From contig NC_068992.1 in the NCBI RefSeq assembly GCF_001194135.2, positions 29,445,304 through 29,495,849 of the forward strand: a stretch of 50,546 nt of DNA, read 5' to 3'. Of the stretch, positions 37,505-50,328 are shown one piece after another (position 1 is the first letter of the stretch; each line of letters opens with the position of its first letter). A program made the translations under genes and the position numbers. The notes under the pieces are model-generated. The model had not been told where the DNA came from, ran no database searches, and saw nothing but the letters and a program-made list of their open reading frames with translations. This DNA comes from Octopus bimaculoides. Lineage: Eukaryota.

Positions 37505-37667
37505 CCCTTATTCTTTTACTTGCTTCAGTCATTTGACGGCGACCATGCTGGAGCATCGCCTTAAATGATTTTAGTCGAATAAATCGACTCCAGGACTTAT
37601 TCTTTGTAAGCCTAATACTGCTTATATAGATGTTCTTATGCCGTACCGCTAGGTCGCGGAGACATAA
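37505..37667 (-). mobile_element. 3' part of a tRNA-derived SINE, cut by a gap
   Basis: CTTTTACTTGCTTCAGTCATTTGACGGCGACCATGCTGGAGCATCGCC...GGACTTATTCTTTGTAAGCC. Linking it to the 3381/12330 heads relies on recalled consensus. Confidence 0.7.
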
Positions 37668-38390
37668 NNNNNNNNNNNNNNNNNNNNNNNNNNNNNNNNN
37701 NNNNNNNNNNNNNNNNNNNNNNNNNNNNNNNNNNNNNNNNNNNNNNNNNNNNNNNNNNNNNNNNNNNNNNNNNNNNNNNNNNNNNNNNNNNNNNNNNNNN
37801 NNNNNNNNNNNNNNNNNNNNNNNNNNNNNNNNNNNNNNNNNNNNNNNNNNNNNNNNNNNNNNNNNNNNNNNNNNNNNNNNNNNNNNNNNNNNNNNNNNNN
37901 NNNNNNNNNNNNNNNNNNNNNNNNNNNNNNNNNNNNNNNNNNNNNNNNNNNNNNNNNNNNNNNNNNNNNNNNNNNNNNNNNNNNNNNNNNNNNNNNNNNN
38001 NNNNNNNNNNNNNNNNNNNNNNNNNNNNNNNNNNNNNNNNNNNNNNNNNNNNNNNNNNNNNNNNNNNNNNNNNNNNNNNNNNNNNNNNNNNNNNNNNNNN
38101 NNNNNNNNNNNNNNNNNNNNNNNNNNNNNNNNNNNNNNNNNNNNNNNNNNNNNNNNNNNNNNNNNNNNNNNNNNNNNNNNNNNNNNNNNNNNNNNNNNNN
38201 NNNNNNNNNNNNNNNNNNNNNNNNNNNNNNNNNNNNNNNNNNNNNNNNNNNNNNNNNNNNNNNNNNNNNNNNNNNNNNNNNNNNNNNNNNNNNNNNNNNN
38301 NNNNNNNNNNNNNNNNNNNNNNNNNNNNNNNNNNNNNNNNNNNNNNNNATTTATAAAAAGTTAAAATTAAATTGAGCTTTATAGATAAAA

Positions 38391-39062
38391 TATATAGTTT
38401 TAGGGAAAATAACCAAGTTTCAAGAACTCATCGATGAAAATCCACTATCACATATAGAAAAATAACAATTACAAGCACAGTAAATGAGTATAATATAAAA
38501 CAAAGTAAATATCATAAGATAAAGATAATAAAATGATTACACGTGTTTCATAACTAATTTTCAAATAGAAAAGAAATTTAAATCGATTAAAATCAATTGA
38601 AATTATTCAAAATAAATTCTATTCAAAAACATAGTTAACCGTCAGATCGTAAGTAGAACAATAATTAGATATATATATCTCAACCAACAATAAGTGCCAA
38701 ATGAATTAATATGAAATACTTATTTTATAAAGATAGAAACATTATTAAAAATATCAAAATATCAAAATAATAACCATTCATTAATCCTCCCTTCATTCAT
38801 TATAATAACATGTATTGTTCTACTTACGATCTGACGATTAGCTATATTTTTGAATAGAATTTATTTTCGATAATTTAAATTGATTTTAATCGATTTAAAT
38901 TTCCTTTCTATTTGAAAATTAGTTATGAAACACGTGTAATCATTTTATTATCTTTATCTTATGATATATTATACTCATTTATTGTGCTTTTAATTGTTAT
39001 TTTTCTATATGTGATAGTGGATTTTCATCGATGAGTTCTTGAAACTTGGTTATTTTCCCTAA

Positions 39063-39071
<9 letters not shown>
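38391..39071. mobile_element. Foldback/MITE with very long terminal inverted repeats (38391-38663 and 38813-39071)
   Basis: By manual comparison the arms differ by about 9 substitutions and one 14-bp indel. The spacer is 149 bp and both ends sit in TA runs. Confidence 0.92.
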
Positions 39072-39101
<30 letters not shown>

Positions 39102-39161
39102 CACACACATCAACGCGCACGCTCACACACATATATATGTATGTATACATATATACATATA

Positions 39162-39340
39162 TCGAAAATTAAGGAATAGAGTAGATAAAATCCAGGCGAG
39201 ATATGTAGTAATTGCCCAAACGTGTGGTAATCCGCTAGCTTCTCAAATGGAGTTTATATTATCGACAAGGGATCCCATGTTGACTCGCCGCAGATTCATT
39301 TGATTAAGATATATTTGGTCCGACGAATAGCTATCTGATT
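39162..39340 (+). repeat. Solo copy of the arm sequence of the 45944-46505 element
   Basis: AAAATTAAGGAATAGAGTAGATAAAATCCAGGC...GTAGTAATTGCCCAAACG..GGTAATCCGCTAGCT...CAAGGGATCCCATGTTGACTC matches both arms. Confidence 0.8.
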
Positions 39341-39360
39341 GCCTTTGTTTGAGCAATCAG

Positions 39361-39857
39361 TTTCTTATTTCTTTATTGCCCACAAGGGGCTAAACACAGA
39401 GGGGACAAACAAGGACAGACAACGGATTAAGTCGATTATATCGACTCCAGTGCGTAACTGGTACTTATTTAATCGACTCCGAAAGGATGAAAGGCAAAGT
39501 CGACCTCGGCGGAATTTGAACTCAGAACGTAGCGGCAGACGAAATACCGTTAAGCATTTCACCCGGCGTGCTAACGTTTCTTATTTCTTTATTGCCTACA
39601 AGAAGCTAAACGTAGAGGGGACAAATAAGGACAGACAAAGGGATTAAGTCGATTACATCGACCCCAGTGCGTATCCGGTGCTTAATTTATCGACCCCGAA
39701 AGGATGAAAGGTAAATTCGACCTCGGTGGAATTTGAACTCAGAACATAGCGGCAGAGGAAATACCGCTAAGCATTTCGCCTGGCGTGCTAACGATTCTGC
39801 CAGCTCACCGCCTTACAGCTCACCGCCTTACAACTCACCGCCTTACAGCTCGCCTTA
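39361..39857 (-). mobile_element. Head-to-tail SINE dimer with a multiplied 5' end and a TSD
   Basis: Units at 39361-39575 and 39576-39815, a 15-bp head motif repeated over 39801-39857, and flanks TTTGAGCAATCAGTTTCT and TTTGAGCAACTGTTTCT. Confidence 0.92.
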
Positions 39858-40482
39858 TTTGAGCAACTGTTTCTACTAGCTAGAAAACATATGTAGCCTA
39901 AATTCTATCTACTGCATTCTCTAAGTTTGAAATTTAATTCGCATACACAGCAACCCCAGCTGCTAACCATAAGTATAAAAAAAATGTTCTGTTTGTCGAA
40001 GACACCGACAGAATTGTTACATTTCTTTCGGCATCAGACTGTTTTAACGTCATCGCACGCAAAATATGCATGGGATAAGTTACTGAATATTTGCAGTTTT
40101 ATACTTCATTTATAATATTCATTGAATGTACGTTCTCATACTGTATTTGTTCTCATTCAGGTATAGCCTTCGTATATCTCATGGTTATACTCCGTTTCGT
40201 ACTCTATTAATTTATTATCTGCACACGGCTACTCGAGTAATATTTGTAATAGTTTCAATCCCATGTTTAGAACTTAAGACCTTAAGATACACATGTATAC
40301 TATGTACATATACAGTACTTTATGTAGACATCATCATCCTGAGAAATGTCAAAATAATTTTAATATTACGCTCAAGAAAGCCTGCGTAGCTGAATTTCAC
40401 ATGGATTTGCGTAATTTGTATCCACAAGATATTTGCTTTCTTCAGTGATCGAGAGCTCTACTACTTGTTGAACTTCATACTA

Positions 40483-40690
40483 CGCGTTCAGTGGTAGAGC
40501 GTCGAGCTTACGATCGTGAGGTTGTGGGTTCGATTCGGGACCGGACTGTGTGTTGTGTTCTTGAGCAAGATGCTTTATTTCAGGTTGCTCCTGTTAACTC
40601 AGCTGTACCGGCCTTTGCTTTTCCCTTGGATAACATCAGTGGTGTGCAGAAGGGAGGCTGTTATGCATGGGTGACTGCTGGCCTTCCATA
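40483..40690 (+). mobile_element. tRNA-derived SINE with a central TGTTCTTGAGCAAGA.GCTTTATTTCA domain
   Basis: A-box-like CAGTGGTAGAGC and B-box GGTTCGATTC, followed by a non-tRNA body. Confidence 0.75.
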
Positions 40691-41019
40691 AACAAACATA
40701 AATAGTACACTTTGCAATGTTTATATGTCTTCTATGTTGGTTTACGTATATCATATGTTGGTACTGTTTTGGTTAAGTTCCTCGTTGACTTGTCATTAAT
40801 ATTAAATATAGCGTTAAAAACTTATTGTATGCAAATTAGTAGCTCTATTCCTATAAAAAAAAAAACTGGATATCTCTTGTATATAAACAGATTGGTTGCA
40901 TATTTCTCCGGAGGTGGTCACGGGATGAGAAGTCCGTTAATGGTGAAAAATCGATTAGTTTTCTTTCAGTCGACTGAGAAATAATTGAATTTGTCATGTT
41001 TGCATGTCTACTATGTCTG

Positions 41020-41056
<37 letters not shown>

Positions 41057-41091
41057 GTATATGTACATGCATATATAATACAAACACACAT

Positions 41092-41125
<34 letters not shown>

Positions 41126-41641
41126 NNNNNNNNNNNNNNNNNNNNNNNNNNNNNNNNNNNNNNNNNNNNNNNNNNNNNNNNNNNNNNNNNNNNNNNNNNN
41201 NNNNNNNNNNNNNNNNNNNNNNNNNNNNNNNNNNNNNNNNNNNNNNNNNNNNNNNNNNNNNNNNNNNNNNNNNNNNNNNNNNNNNNNNNNNNNNNNNNNN
41301 NNNNNNNNNNNNNNNNNNNNNNNNNNNNNNNNNNNNNNNNNNNNNNNNNNNNNNNNNNNNNNNNNNNNNNNNNNNNNNNNNNNNNNNNNNNNNNNNNNNN
41401 NNNNNNNNNNNNNNNNNNNNNNNNNNNNNNNNNNNNNNNNNNNNNNNNNNNNNNNNNNNNNNNNNNNNNNNNNNNNNNNNNNNNNNNNNNNNNNNNNNNN
41501 NNNNNNNNNNNNNNNNNNNNNNNNNNNNNNNNNNNNNNNNNNNNNNNNNNNNNNNNNNNNNNNNNNNNNNNNNNNNNNNNNNNNNNNNNNNNNNNNNNNN
41601 NNNNNNNNNNNNNNNNNNNNNNNNNNNNNNNNNNNNNNNTA

Positions 41642-41673
<32 letters not shown>

Positions 41674-41876
41674 ATGTTGAGATATATAGACATACATATA
41701 CACACGCATAAGAATCCCACTCACACATATATATGCTATTTTATTATATCCCTTTTCACAAATTATTCCTTTGCGTAATTCTTAGGCCGATCTTCATTAC
41801 ACAACCACTATATATCAAGGCAGACACATTTAATTAGAAATATCATTCTGGTAAATGTTGTTCCACGTAGTATCCG

Positions 41877-41922
<46 letters not shown>

Positions 41923-42474
41923 TAACATGGCAAACTTCGTAATAATTACACTGTTGCGTCCTATGTAAATGTACACACTCACACGCCGGCGCACACGCAC
42001 ATGCTCGCCCGTGCACACCCACACGTCCGTGCGTACGCACACGTACGCACTTTTGCATGAGAAAATACTTTTGCAATAAATAGACACTTATACACTAACA
42101 TAACCCCAAATGTCTTAGTCACAACTCAATATCAAACAGGCAAAGATCAGTACACGGAAATTGATTCATGACGAAAATTTAAAATCAGCTGAGTGCGAAA
42201 GTTGTTACATGAATGCACGTGCACGAAATAGTTGAATTCTTATTTGCAAATTAACATATACAATTTTCATTTGTAAATCAGTAAAATGAATGTTCATTTA
42301 TAACTTCATAATATTTTAAATTTGAAATGATGTGGTACAAAATATTGTAATTGTTGTTGTGCTTGTTTTTCGCTGTTAATCCTTCTGCCGTTGTTGTTAA
42401 TTGTAGAAGACTGAGTACCAGTTTAAAAATGAGTTCTACAGAGTTACTTCCCCTGCTTAAAATTACAGCTGAAA

Positions 42475-42790
42475 TTCCCTCAAATCACGCACGTATCGTA
42501 TCGTCTTAAGAAAGAACACATTAGATAGCGCAATATTGTAATTGTTACAACTAGTACATATTTTGCTGCAGTTCTGACCTGGAGAGACACAACAAAAACA
42601 ACAACAACAACGACAACAAAAACTTCATCATCATCAAATAGGCACACGGTGACTAATATAAAATGTTTACACGGTTGATCTGCTAGAAATAGTAGCTAAA
42701 TCTCTCTAAATTCACACACTACCCTCTTAAAGAAAGGGAGGTCACAGTTTAATAATGTAGTTCTAGATATACTTCTAGGAAAATGGATAT
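42475..42790 (+). repeat. Two fragments of an unclassified short repeat
   Basis: AAATTCCCTCAAATCACGCAC...TCTTAAGAAAGAACACATTAGATA (42475) resembles AAATCTCTCTAAATTCACACAC...TCTTAAAGAAAGGGAGGTCACAG (42700). Related minus-strand pieces lie near 1920 and 2120. Confidence 0.45.
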
Positions 42791-42844
42791 GTCATTGTCC
42801 CAATGATCCCAATAAGTCACTTCGACAACAACAATGCCAACAAC

Positions 42845-43020
42845 TAAGCACAAGGCCAATATTTGTAGGGAAATGGTATAGTTGATTCATGAGACTAATA
42901 TTATAGTAATGACAGATATGCATTTTCCCTCGAGGAATAGAAGTTATAGCTAACCTCAGCTGGAATTAGGGTTCAAAATACGGAGAACTCTGAAAATACA
43001 GTATTGATACAATATTGTGT
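42845..43020 (-). mobile_element. Strongly decayed SINE (family of 24028)
   Basis: AAGCACAAGGCCAATATTTGTAGGG...AACCTCAGCTGGAATT...TTCAAAATAC. Confidence 0.4.
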
Positions 43021-44894
43021 TTTTCTATCGTCCGGTGAAGGCTGCTAATTAACACAGATCTTAAAGTATTGGATAAAATCCATTGCAGTACTTATTCTAT
43101 ATCTCTACGGTCTAAATTCTAATCACGTAGAGGTCAGATTTGCACTTTGTCTCTGTTGAGTACATAACGAAAATGCTGATTCAAGTTAGTGGATTGGCGG
43201 GATTTTTAGAGAGTCGGACGAGATATTTCAGCTTCTTGCGTTTTGAGTTCGAAATTCGTTTAGAGTATCACATCTAATTGCCGATTATGCCACCTCTGCT
43301 CACACTTTGAGAAAAGGTGTCAAAGCACAGCGTAAGGGAATCTGAATCTGGTATATCTGTCCAGTCGGTATTGATTCTCATCGTTTCAATATAACTGTGT
43401 TGTAGTGACAAGGTGTTTTGTAAACCAAAAATTGTGGAGATCGAATGCATATCTTTTTCTCAACACTAATCAATCTCAATAGCAAGTGACCCCTTCCTTG
43501 TGATTTCAGAAACATTAGAAATATTATGGTCAACAAAGACACGTCATTATCACCAATATTCAAATGTGTGAAAAATAAACCAATGTTGTGGCAGTTTGGA
43601 ACTGAAGTATGTAGGGAAACAAGAATACTGTGAGCGTAAAAGATGAAGCAAAACACTTGAAGTTTGATCGACCAAACCTATGATCAATGATATTCCAACC
43701 GTGACCAATCCCTCTCTTTACGTCTATGTCTACTATTTAATGTGCACTTTCCTTATTTAGCAGATTGGCAATTCATTTGTTCAAGAGTAGTGTGTTATTT
43801 CTAGCATGTGGAGCAACTACCTAAGGGTAAGTTCTTGGAGTGTGAAGGCGTGAACATGAGTTAGTACACTGTTGAAACATTTCAATGTCTCTTTTAGAGC
43901 CACTGGGTATTACATGATTGTTACAACTTCCTATTGATATCTACACACACACACACACACACACATACACATTAAATACAAGGCCTCTATTACTGATGAT
44001 AAGAAACCACTATTAGTAAAAGTAGAATGAGCAGTGTGTTGCTCTTTTACTTATTGGATGGCAAGACATATTACATTCAAGTAATGAAAATAAAAATAAA
44101 ACCGTATTGATAAAATAAACAAATCTTTCCTCAATGGGTAATAAAACGAACATTTGTGATGGGTTAGACATAAAAATAAATTTAAATGATAAAGAAAATC
44201 CGAAATAAAAAAAAAAAATTCCCAACAACTCTTTAAAGTTAAATTTCCAATGTTAGTTTATATATGTATTTTTTCTAAAGATGAGATTTCGTGATTTACA
44301 AGTATATATAGAAAAAAAGAACAGAAAAAAATGTATGTCTGAAAGAATTGTTTTCATTGCGCAGCTAGAAGTACCATGCTTTAAAATAATAAAAGTTAGA
44401 CCTACTTACCTCTTTTAACGAAAGTTCCATTCACAGTGGCTGGAAGAGAGTAATATGAGTATGGAGTAGTGAAAAATTGTAATATATATAGTTTATCTCT
44501 TAAAACAACTAGATTCCACCATTGATTAAAATGGTATTAAATACAAAATCACAATAAGAATCTAAGCAATAACATATATGAACAAAAAAATTTAAAAAGC
44601 ATTTAAATAAAACATCAAAGTACAACATAAAAATGTAACTGAATAAATAATATTTGCTAAAAAAAAATATCTTTTTGGCTCATCTAAAGAGATTTTCATC
44701 GTTTAAAGATGAAAGATTTTAGACGCCTAAATCTAGCTTGCTGTTTTACTGGCGCTTATTACTACTGACGCTAGGGAGATGATAGTAAATATAGACTTTG
44801 GCTTGAATTGCAAATAGGAGAGACTGACCAAATACCCTATAGTATTTAGTTACAACATTTTGCATTTGGAGTCGATAATATAATCACCAGTCAA

Positions 44895-44975
44895 GTAATG
44901 GAGGTCGATTAAATCAGCTAAATCGACTCCCTGAAATTTCTGGCTTTGTGGCAAAGTAAGAAACCAATTATTAGA
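44895..44975 (+). mobile_element. SINE 3' end (family of 24028)
   Basis: GGTCGATTAAATC...AATCGACTCCCTGAAATTTCTGGCTTTGTGGCAAAGTAAGAAACCAATTATT. Confidence 0.5.
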
Positions 44976-45673
44976 TTAGTAATTGATGCTAGAATCGATA
45001 GAAACCTCAGACAGAATAGTTTGTTATTTTCTCTGTGAATTCTGAGTTCAAATTTAGTTGCAATAAACTTTATATTTTCTCCATCTCCAAACTTGATGAA
45101 AAAAATGTCTATATTAAAATAGCGGGTCGCTAGAATTGCTCGAATCATTTCCAAAAATTATGTGTAAAAGGTTCGACTTTTGGGATCATAAAGTCAATCA
45201 AGAGTTGGATCTAAGAATTGGATGAATACAGGGTTAAATGCCCCAAGGGAGTTAATTGTGATAATTTAAAGTGGAGATTAAATAATTCTGCTGTTGATTT
45301 TGCTGTCCAAGCTTCTAAAGTGACTGAAAACGTCTCTCCACAAACTCGCAACAGCATAATAACGCCATAACGCGATGCGTGTGAATGAACTCTTGCTCTT
45401 AAACGTATCAACCGAAAGCGTCATCATTAGTTAGAGCACAAAATAACATCTCTGTGCATTATCTATTTTAAGAGGTATGGAACTCTATGACATTTATTTC
45501 TTACCCAAGAACGAAGGCTACGTAATTGAATTAAACGATTTTTGAGATCTCGATGATCGATAGATGTATGTAATAAGTTGATGAGCGTACGAAATATCAA
45601 ACAAAAAAATATTTAAAATAAATGGATAAAAATAAACATGAATGCTGCAAGAATATTATCAAGAGACAAGAAG

Positions 45674-45713
<40 letters not shown>

Positions 45714-45714
45714 G

Positions 45715-45763
<49 letters not shown>

Positions 45764-45943
45764 ATCGAAGTTAGTAATCTTCGAGTAGTCCGTACAAGGT
45801 ATAAAAATCAAGTTTAAGGAACAATAGTAGTTTATTGACGTAGAATGTTGTAAATTGTTCCGATATCGAAGTACGGTAAAATGAAAAAAATTATTATATA
45901 GTTCACGGTTAACAGCTGAAGTTGCTGTGTATGCGAATAAAAA

Positions 45944-46505
45944 TCCAAAATCAGGGAATAGAGTAAATATTATCCAGGTTACAAATATTTCATAGCTAGC
46001 AAAACCTCGGAAGTAGTAATTACTCAAACGCGGGGTAATCCGCTAGCTACTTGTCGGGATAAAGATACCTAATCAAATGAAGTTTAGATTGTCACCAAGG
46101 GATCCCATGTTAACTCACAAGATATATGATCGAAAATACATGGAAAGCGCAGAGTGAGAGAACAAAAAGGAAAACATATGAAGATGTGAATAAAAATACG
46201 AATGTATATTCTTATTCTTTTCCTTAACAACTTGAGACATTTACCCACTCCATATATTATTTCTTGACAAATATTTGTTCCTTTTGTTCTTTCACTCTGT
46301 GCTTTCCACATATTTTTCCTCATATCTCCGGCGAGTCATCATGGTACTCTTGACTTCAATGCACATTTCATTTGGTTAAGGTATCTTTGACCTGACGAGT
46401 GACTTGCGGGCTACCCATATTTTGGGTAATTACTACTTCCGAGATTCTTTCATCTATGAAACATATTTAGCCTGGATTTTATCTACTCCATTCCCTAATT
46501 TTGGA
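45944..46505. mobile_element. Older MITE/foldback with ~185-bp diverged inverted arms (45944-46130 and 46321-46505)
   Basis: The left arm TCCAAAATCAGGGAATAGAGTA...CTCGGAAGTAGTAATTAC matches the reverse complement of the right arm TCCAAAATTAGGGAATGGAGTAG...CTCGGAAGTAGTAATTAC. Confidence 0.8.
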
Positions 46506-46544
46506 CATACATATATGTGTATGTGTGTGTGTGTAAATACATAG

Positions 46545-46619
<75 letters not shown>

Positions 46620-47178
46620 NNNNNNNNNNNNNNNNNNNNNNNNNNNNNNNNNNNNNNNNNNNNNNNNNNNNNNNNNNNNNNNNNNNNNNNNNNNNNNNNN
46701 NNNNNNNNNNNNNNNNNNNNNNNNNNNNNNNNNNNNNNNNNNNNNNNNNNNNNNNNNNNNNNNNNNNNNNNNNNNNNNNNNNNNNNNNNNNNNNNNNNNN
46801 NNNNNNNNNNNNNNNNNNNNNNNNNNNNNNNNNNNNNNNNNNNNNNNNNNNNNNNNNNNNNNNNNNNNNNNNNNNNNNNNNNNNNNNNNNNNNNNNNNNN
46901 NNNNNNNNNNNNNNNNNNNNNNNNNNNNNNNNNNNNNNNNNNNNNNNNNNNNNNNNNNNNNNNNNNNNNNNNNNNNNNNNNNNNNNNNNNNNNNNNNNNN
47001 NNNNNNNNNNNNNNNNNNNNNNNNNNNNNNNNNNNNNNNNNNNNNNNNNNNNNNNNNNNNNNNNNNNNNNNNNNNNNNNNNNNNNNNNNNNNNNNNNNNN
47101 NNNNNNNNNNNNNNNNNNNNNNNNNNNNNNNNNNNNNNNNNNNNNNNNNNNNNNNNNNNNNNNNNNNNNNNNNNNNNN

Positions 47179-47217
<39 letters not shown>

Positions 47218-50200
47218 TATATCATATATTGGAAGAATTCAATTTGACTGTTTTTGGCAATTAGAAAAGACGTAATATTAGGTAATCAAAATTAGAAAAG
47301 CCAACTTCGAAATCCAGCTTTATTCGTAAAAAAAATTCATCATTTAAAATTCGGAAAGAGCGATTTGATGATAATAATTGTGCTTAAACTGGATTTTAAA
47401 TATATTATATTAGGTTATATTATATTACATTATAGTTCTAGTGACAGTTATGTTAGGAATAAGCGAAAAATCCATAATTTACATTTTATTTTAAAGTTAA
47501 AGTTAGCGTAAAAGTAAGTAAAACGTATGAAGCCACGTTTCTCACTTTATATGATAAAATGAACAAAAACTAGTTTATTTTGGACAAACAGAACGCCAAA
47601 TATTTCTTATCATCTTCAAAATATTCCTGATCGATGTTCATTTTGCTTGAAAGGCTAAAACTACCAAGATAACATTTGAAGGTAACTCCCTAGAGGAATA
47701 AAACTTTATATACAGATATCCATCTTTAAGGCGTAGGAGGATGAATTAAGATTTCTTTTGATCATGAGCCAAGACTCTGTGTAGTCTCAGTCGTATTGTC
47801 ACTCTTGAGAACGTAAATATTTATTTCTTTTAATTAGTTATGAAAAACATTCTTCAAAGGATAGCCTTCTATCCAAGCAAAAAGTAAATAATTGGCAAGT
47901 GTCGTGTGGACGCCAGGTGAACACAAAAATACGCTCGACTCATAAGAGATTTGGGCTTAAAATATCAAAGCAGTGTAACAATGGAGCGCACAGCATTTTG
48001 TGAGTGACAAAGTACTCATGCGCTTTTTATTCTATGTTCATATAACCAGTACTTTATTTCTTCTTATACTATGACTGATTTCCTCGACAGCTGAAAGAGA
48101 AATATGATCAAGGTGCACATCTAAACCACAAATTTTATATAGTTTGAAATACTTGAAGGAGTTTGACTTGTACATTAATATTTCCATTTTATATCCCCCT
48201 TACTAACAATATATAAATTATGAATATAAATCAAGATGGCCATTACCTCATTCATTAATCCTGTAGTTTTAGTATTAGTTTATTTCAGATAAAAACTAAT
48301 TGTTTGAAAAAATATGTAATGTTGAACTAGAACTGATAAGACATCTTAAAATTATTGCTCCAAACTATTATAATATTACACACTAATGAACATTAAACGA
48401 TTTCAACACCCTATAAGATTTTGATTGAACATTGGATCAAATATTTAGATAATTAATTTTTAAATGCATTGTTAAAAAAGAAAGTGCAGGCCTCATACAT
48501 TTTGAGGGTTTCTGGAACTGGTCAGAGGAAGACAACTAACTATCAACATTCTGGCCGAGCCGTGGCCCGAATGATTGCATCAGAGGAGGTACCGCTAAAC
48601 ATATAGAAAAGAAGAGGTAGTGGTGGTCAATTCGGATAGCGATTAATTCTACGCAAGAACAGGAAAGGTATATCTATCTGTTTATCTGTATATGTGTCTG
48701 TCTGTCTGTCTGGTTGTTTTCATACTGTCTCAGCCATTCTCCCCCACTTCGTTTGTCTCCTTTCTATTGAAAAGAAAACTACTATTGAAAAGAAAACTGA
48801 TAATCCAAGTTCAATTTGATTATATACATACAGGATAATCTGATAAACTGAACTAAATACACGCTGCCTAACTGGAAGAATCTAAGATTGATGGAATAAA
48901 TATTAATGGGTCAAATTTGTGTCAATGCAACTGACAGAATTCCAGCTTTCCATCTCCTTGATTTAAACTTGATTTTTGCTATGTCACGTCACCGAAGATT
49001 AGCTTGTCAATGCGCCGAACAATTCTCCTTCAGAGTTTCCTTTTAAATACATTTCGACATCATAGTGTAAAAGAATATTTTTTCATTAGGAATATGAAGT
49101 TACTACTAGTGACAGTTTCAACATACCTGCCATAACGGACGGAGTTTACATAAAAGATATATTTGCTCAAAAATTGTTGACAAACACTGGTCGAATTTTG
49201 ATTCCTTTATGATCAGCAGATCAATATTAGCGTTAATGATTTTTAGTATCATATGAACTTCACCAAATATCTGAATAGGAGAAGTAGGACATGTGGTAGA
49301 GTCAATGGAGTAAACGCTGATTCATACTGTATCATTAAATCTACATTGCAAGTAAATGCAAAAGTTTTTTGTGGTTGGTGCTTGTTCCTTGGGCTACATT
49401 ATCAAATATGCTTCTGGCTGATAATTTTGTATCAAGGAATGTTTTAGTTGAAATTTGGCTGTTATTTCTATTAGGTATTCTGACTATAAAACCTAGGGAA
49501 ATTATTGAACTGAAGAGAGGCTCACTGCTTTGCCGTTCCCTATTCAATTGTAAAAGTGCAATAGCAATTACTTGTAACGATCCAGTTTTGTAACTGCAGT
49601 GAGGAACACCTCTCATATAATTAACATAATGAAATCTTTAGGCATTAAAACTTAATCACGTTATTGTTGCGTGATATTGATGATTTGCCCCTGCTCAGGT
49701 CTAATTGGATTGACCTCTAATCAAGTGTTCCAAACATATATTCTGTCATTGTATATATTGGCTTATATAATGAAATTCAGAATTCCTTTCTTTGACAGAG
49801 TAGTGTGGACTATTAGTAAGATCTAGGTTGCAGCTTTTAACAGATTTAGCCGTCACGAAATCTTCAATAATGATCTGATTTTTCAGGATTAAATCATCAA
49901 ACATTCCGCCGGAGAACTATAAATACATCAATATTAACATTCAAATTCAAATCCTGGTTTATGGTCACAAAATATTCCTCAAACTGAGAAGACTTATCGC
50001 CGCTCGATAAATGAGAAGTGGCAGCAAAATATGTTTCAAACCACACCGTACAACATGAGAAAAATAATCCAACGCAAGAATACGTATCCATAGAAAGAGA
50101 GACGGTTTTGGGTGAATAAATTCTGAATGAGAATACATCTGGAAATAAGTCACAAACTTCTTGAGCAAACCAATGAAGGAAAAAATTTATTCACAGCAAA

Positions 50201-50220
50201 TAAAGTAAAATGAAGTAGTA

Positions 50221-50230
50221 TATATATGTA

Positions 50231-50284
<54 letters not shown>
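50221..50284. repeat. (TA)/(CA) microsatellite, probably the LINE tail
   Basis: It abuts the 3' UTR of the minus-strand ORF. Confidence 0.9.
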
Positions 50285-50328
50285 GGTGGTTGTCTACTCC
50301 TTAAACAGAGTTTGACCACCTCCTGCAC

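Noticed and set aside
40483-40560. tRNA gene (likewise 33440-33498, 3381-3466 and 12330-12400)
   Set aside because: A/B boxes are present but no acceptor stem or full cloverleaf forms, and each runs into a SINE body.
20458-47275. Long ORFs of 170-390 aa containing X runs
   Set aside because: They exist only because N-gaps contain no stop codons.
48764-48798. 18-bp tandem duplication CTATTGAAAAGAAAACTA
   Set aside because: An ordinary slippage event with no sign of function.
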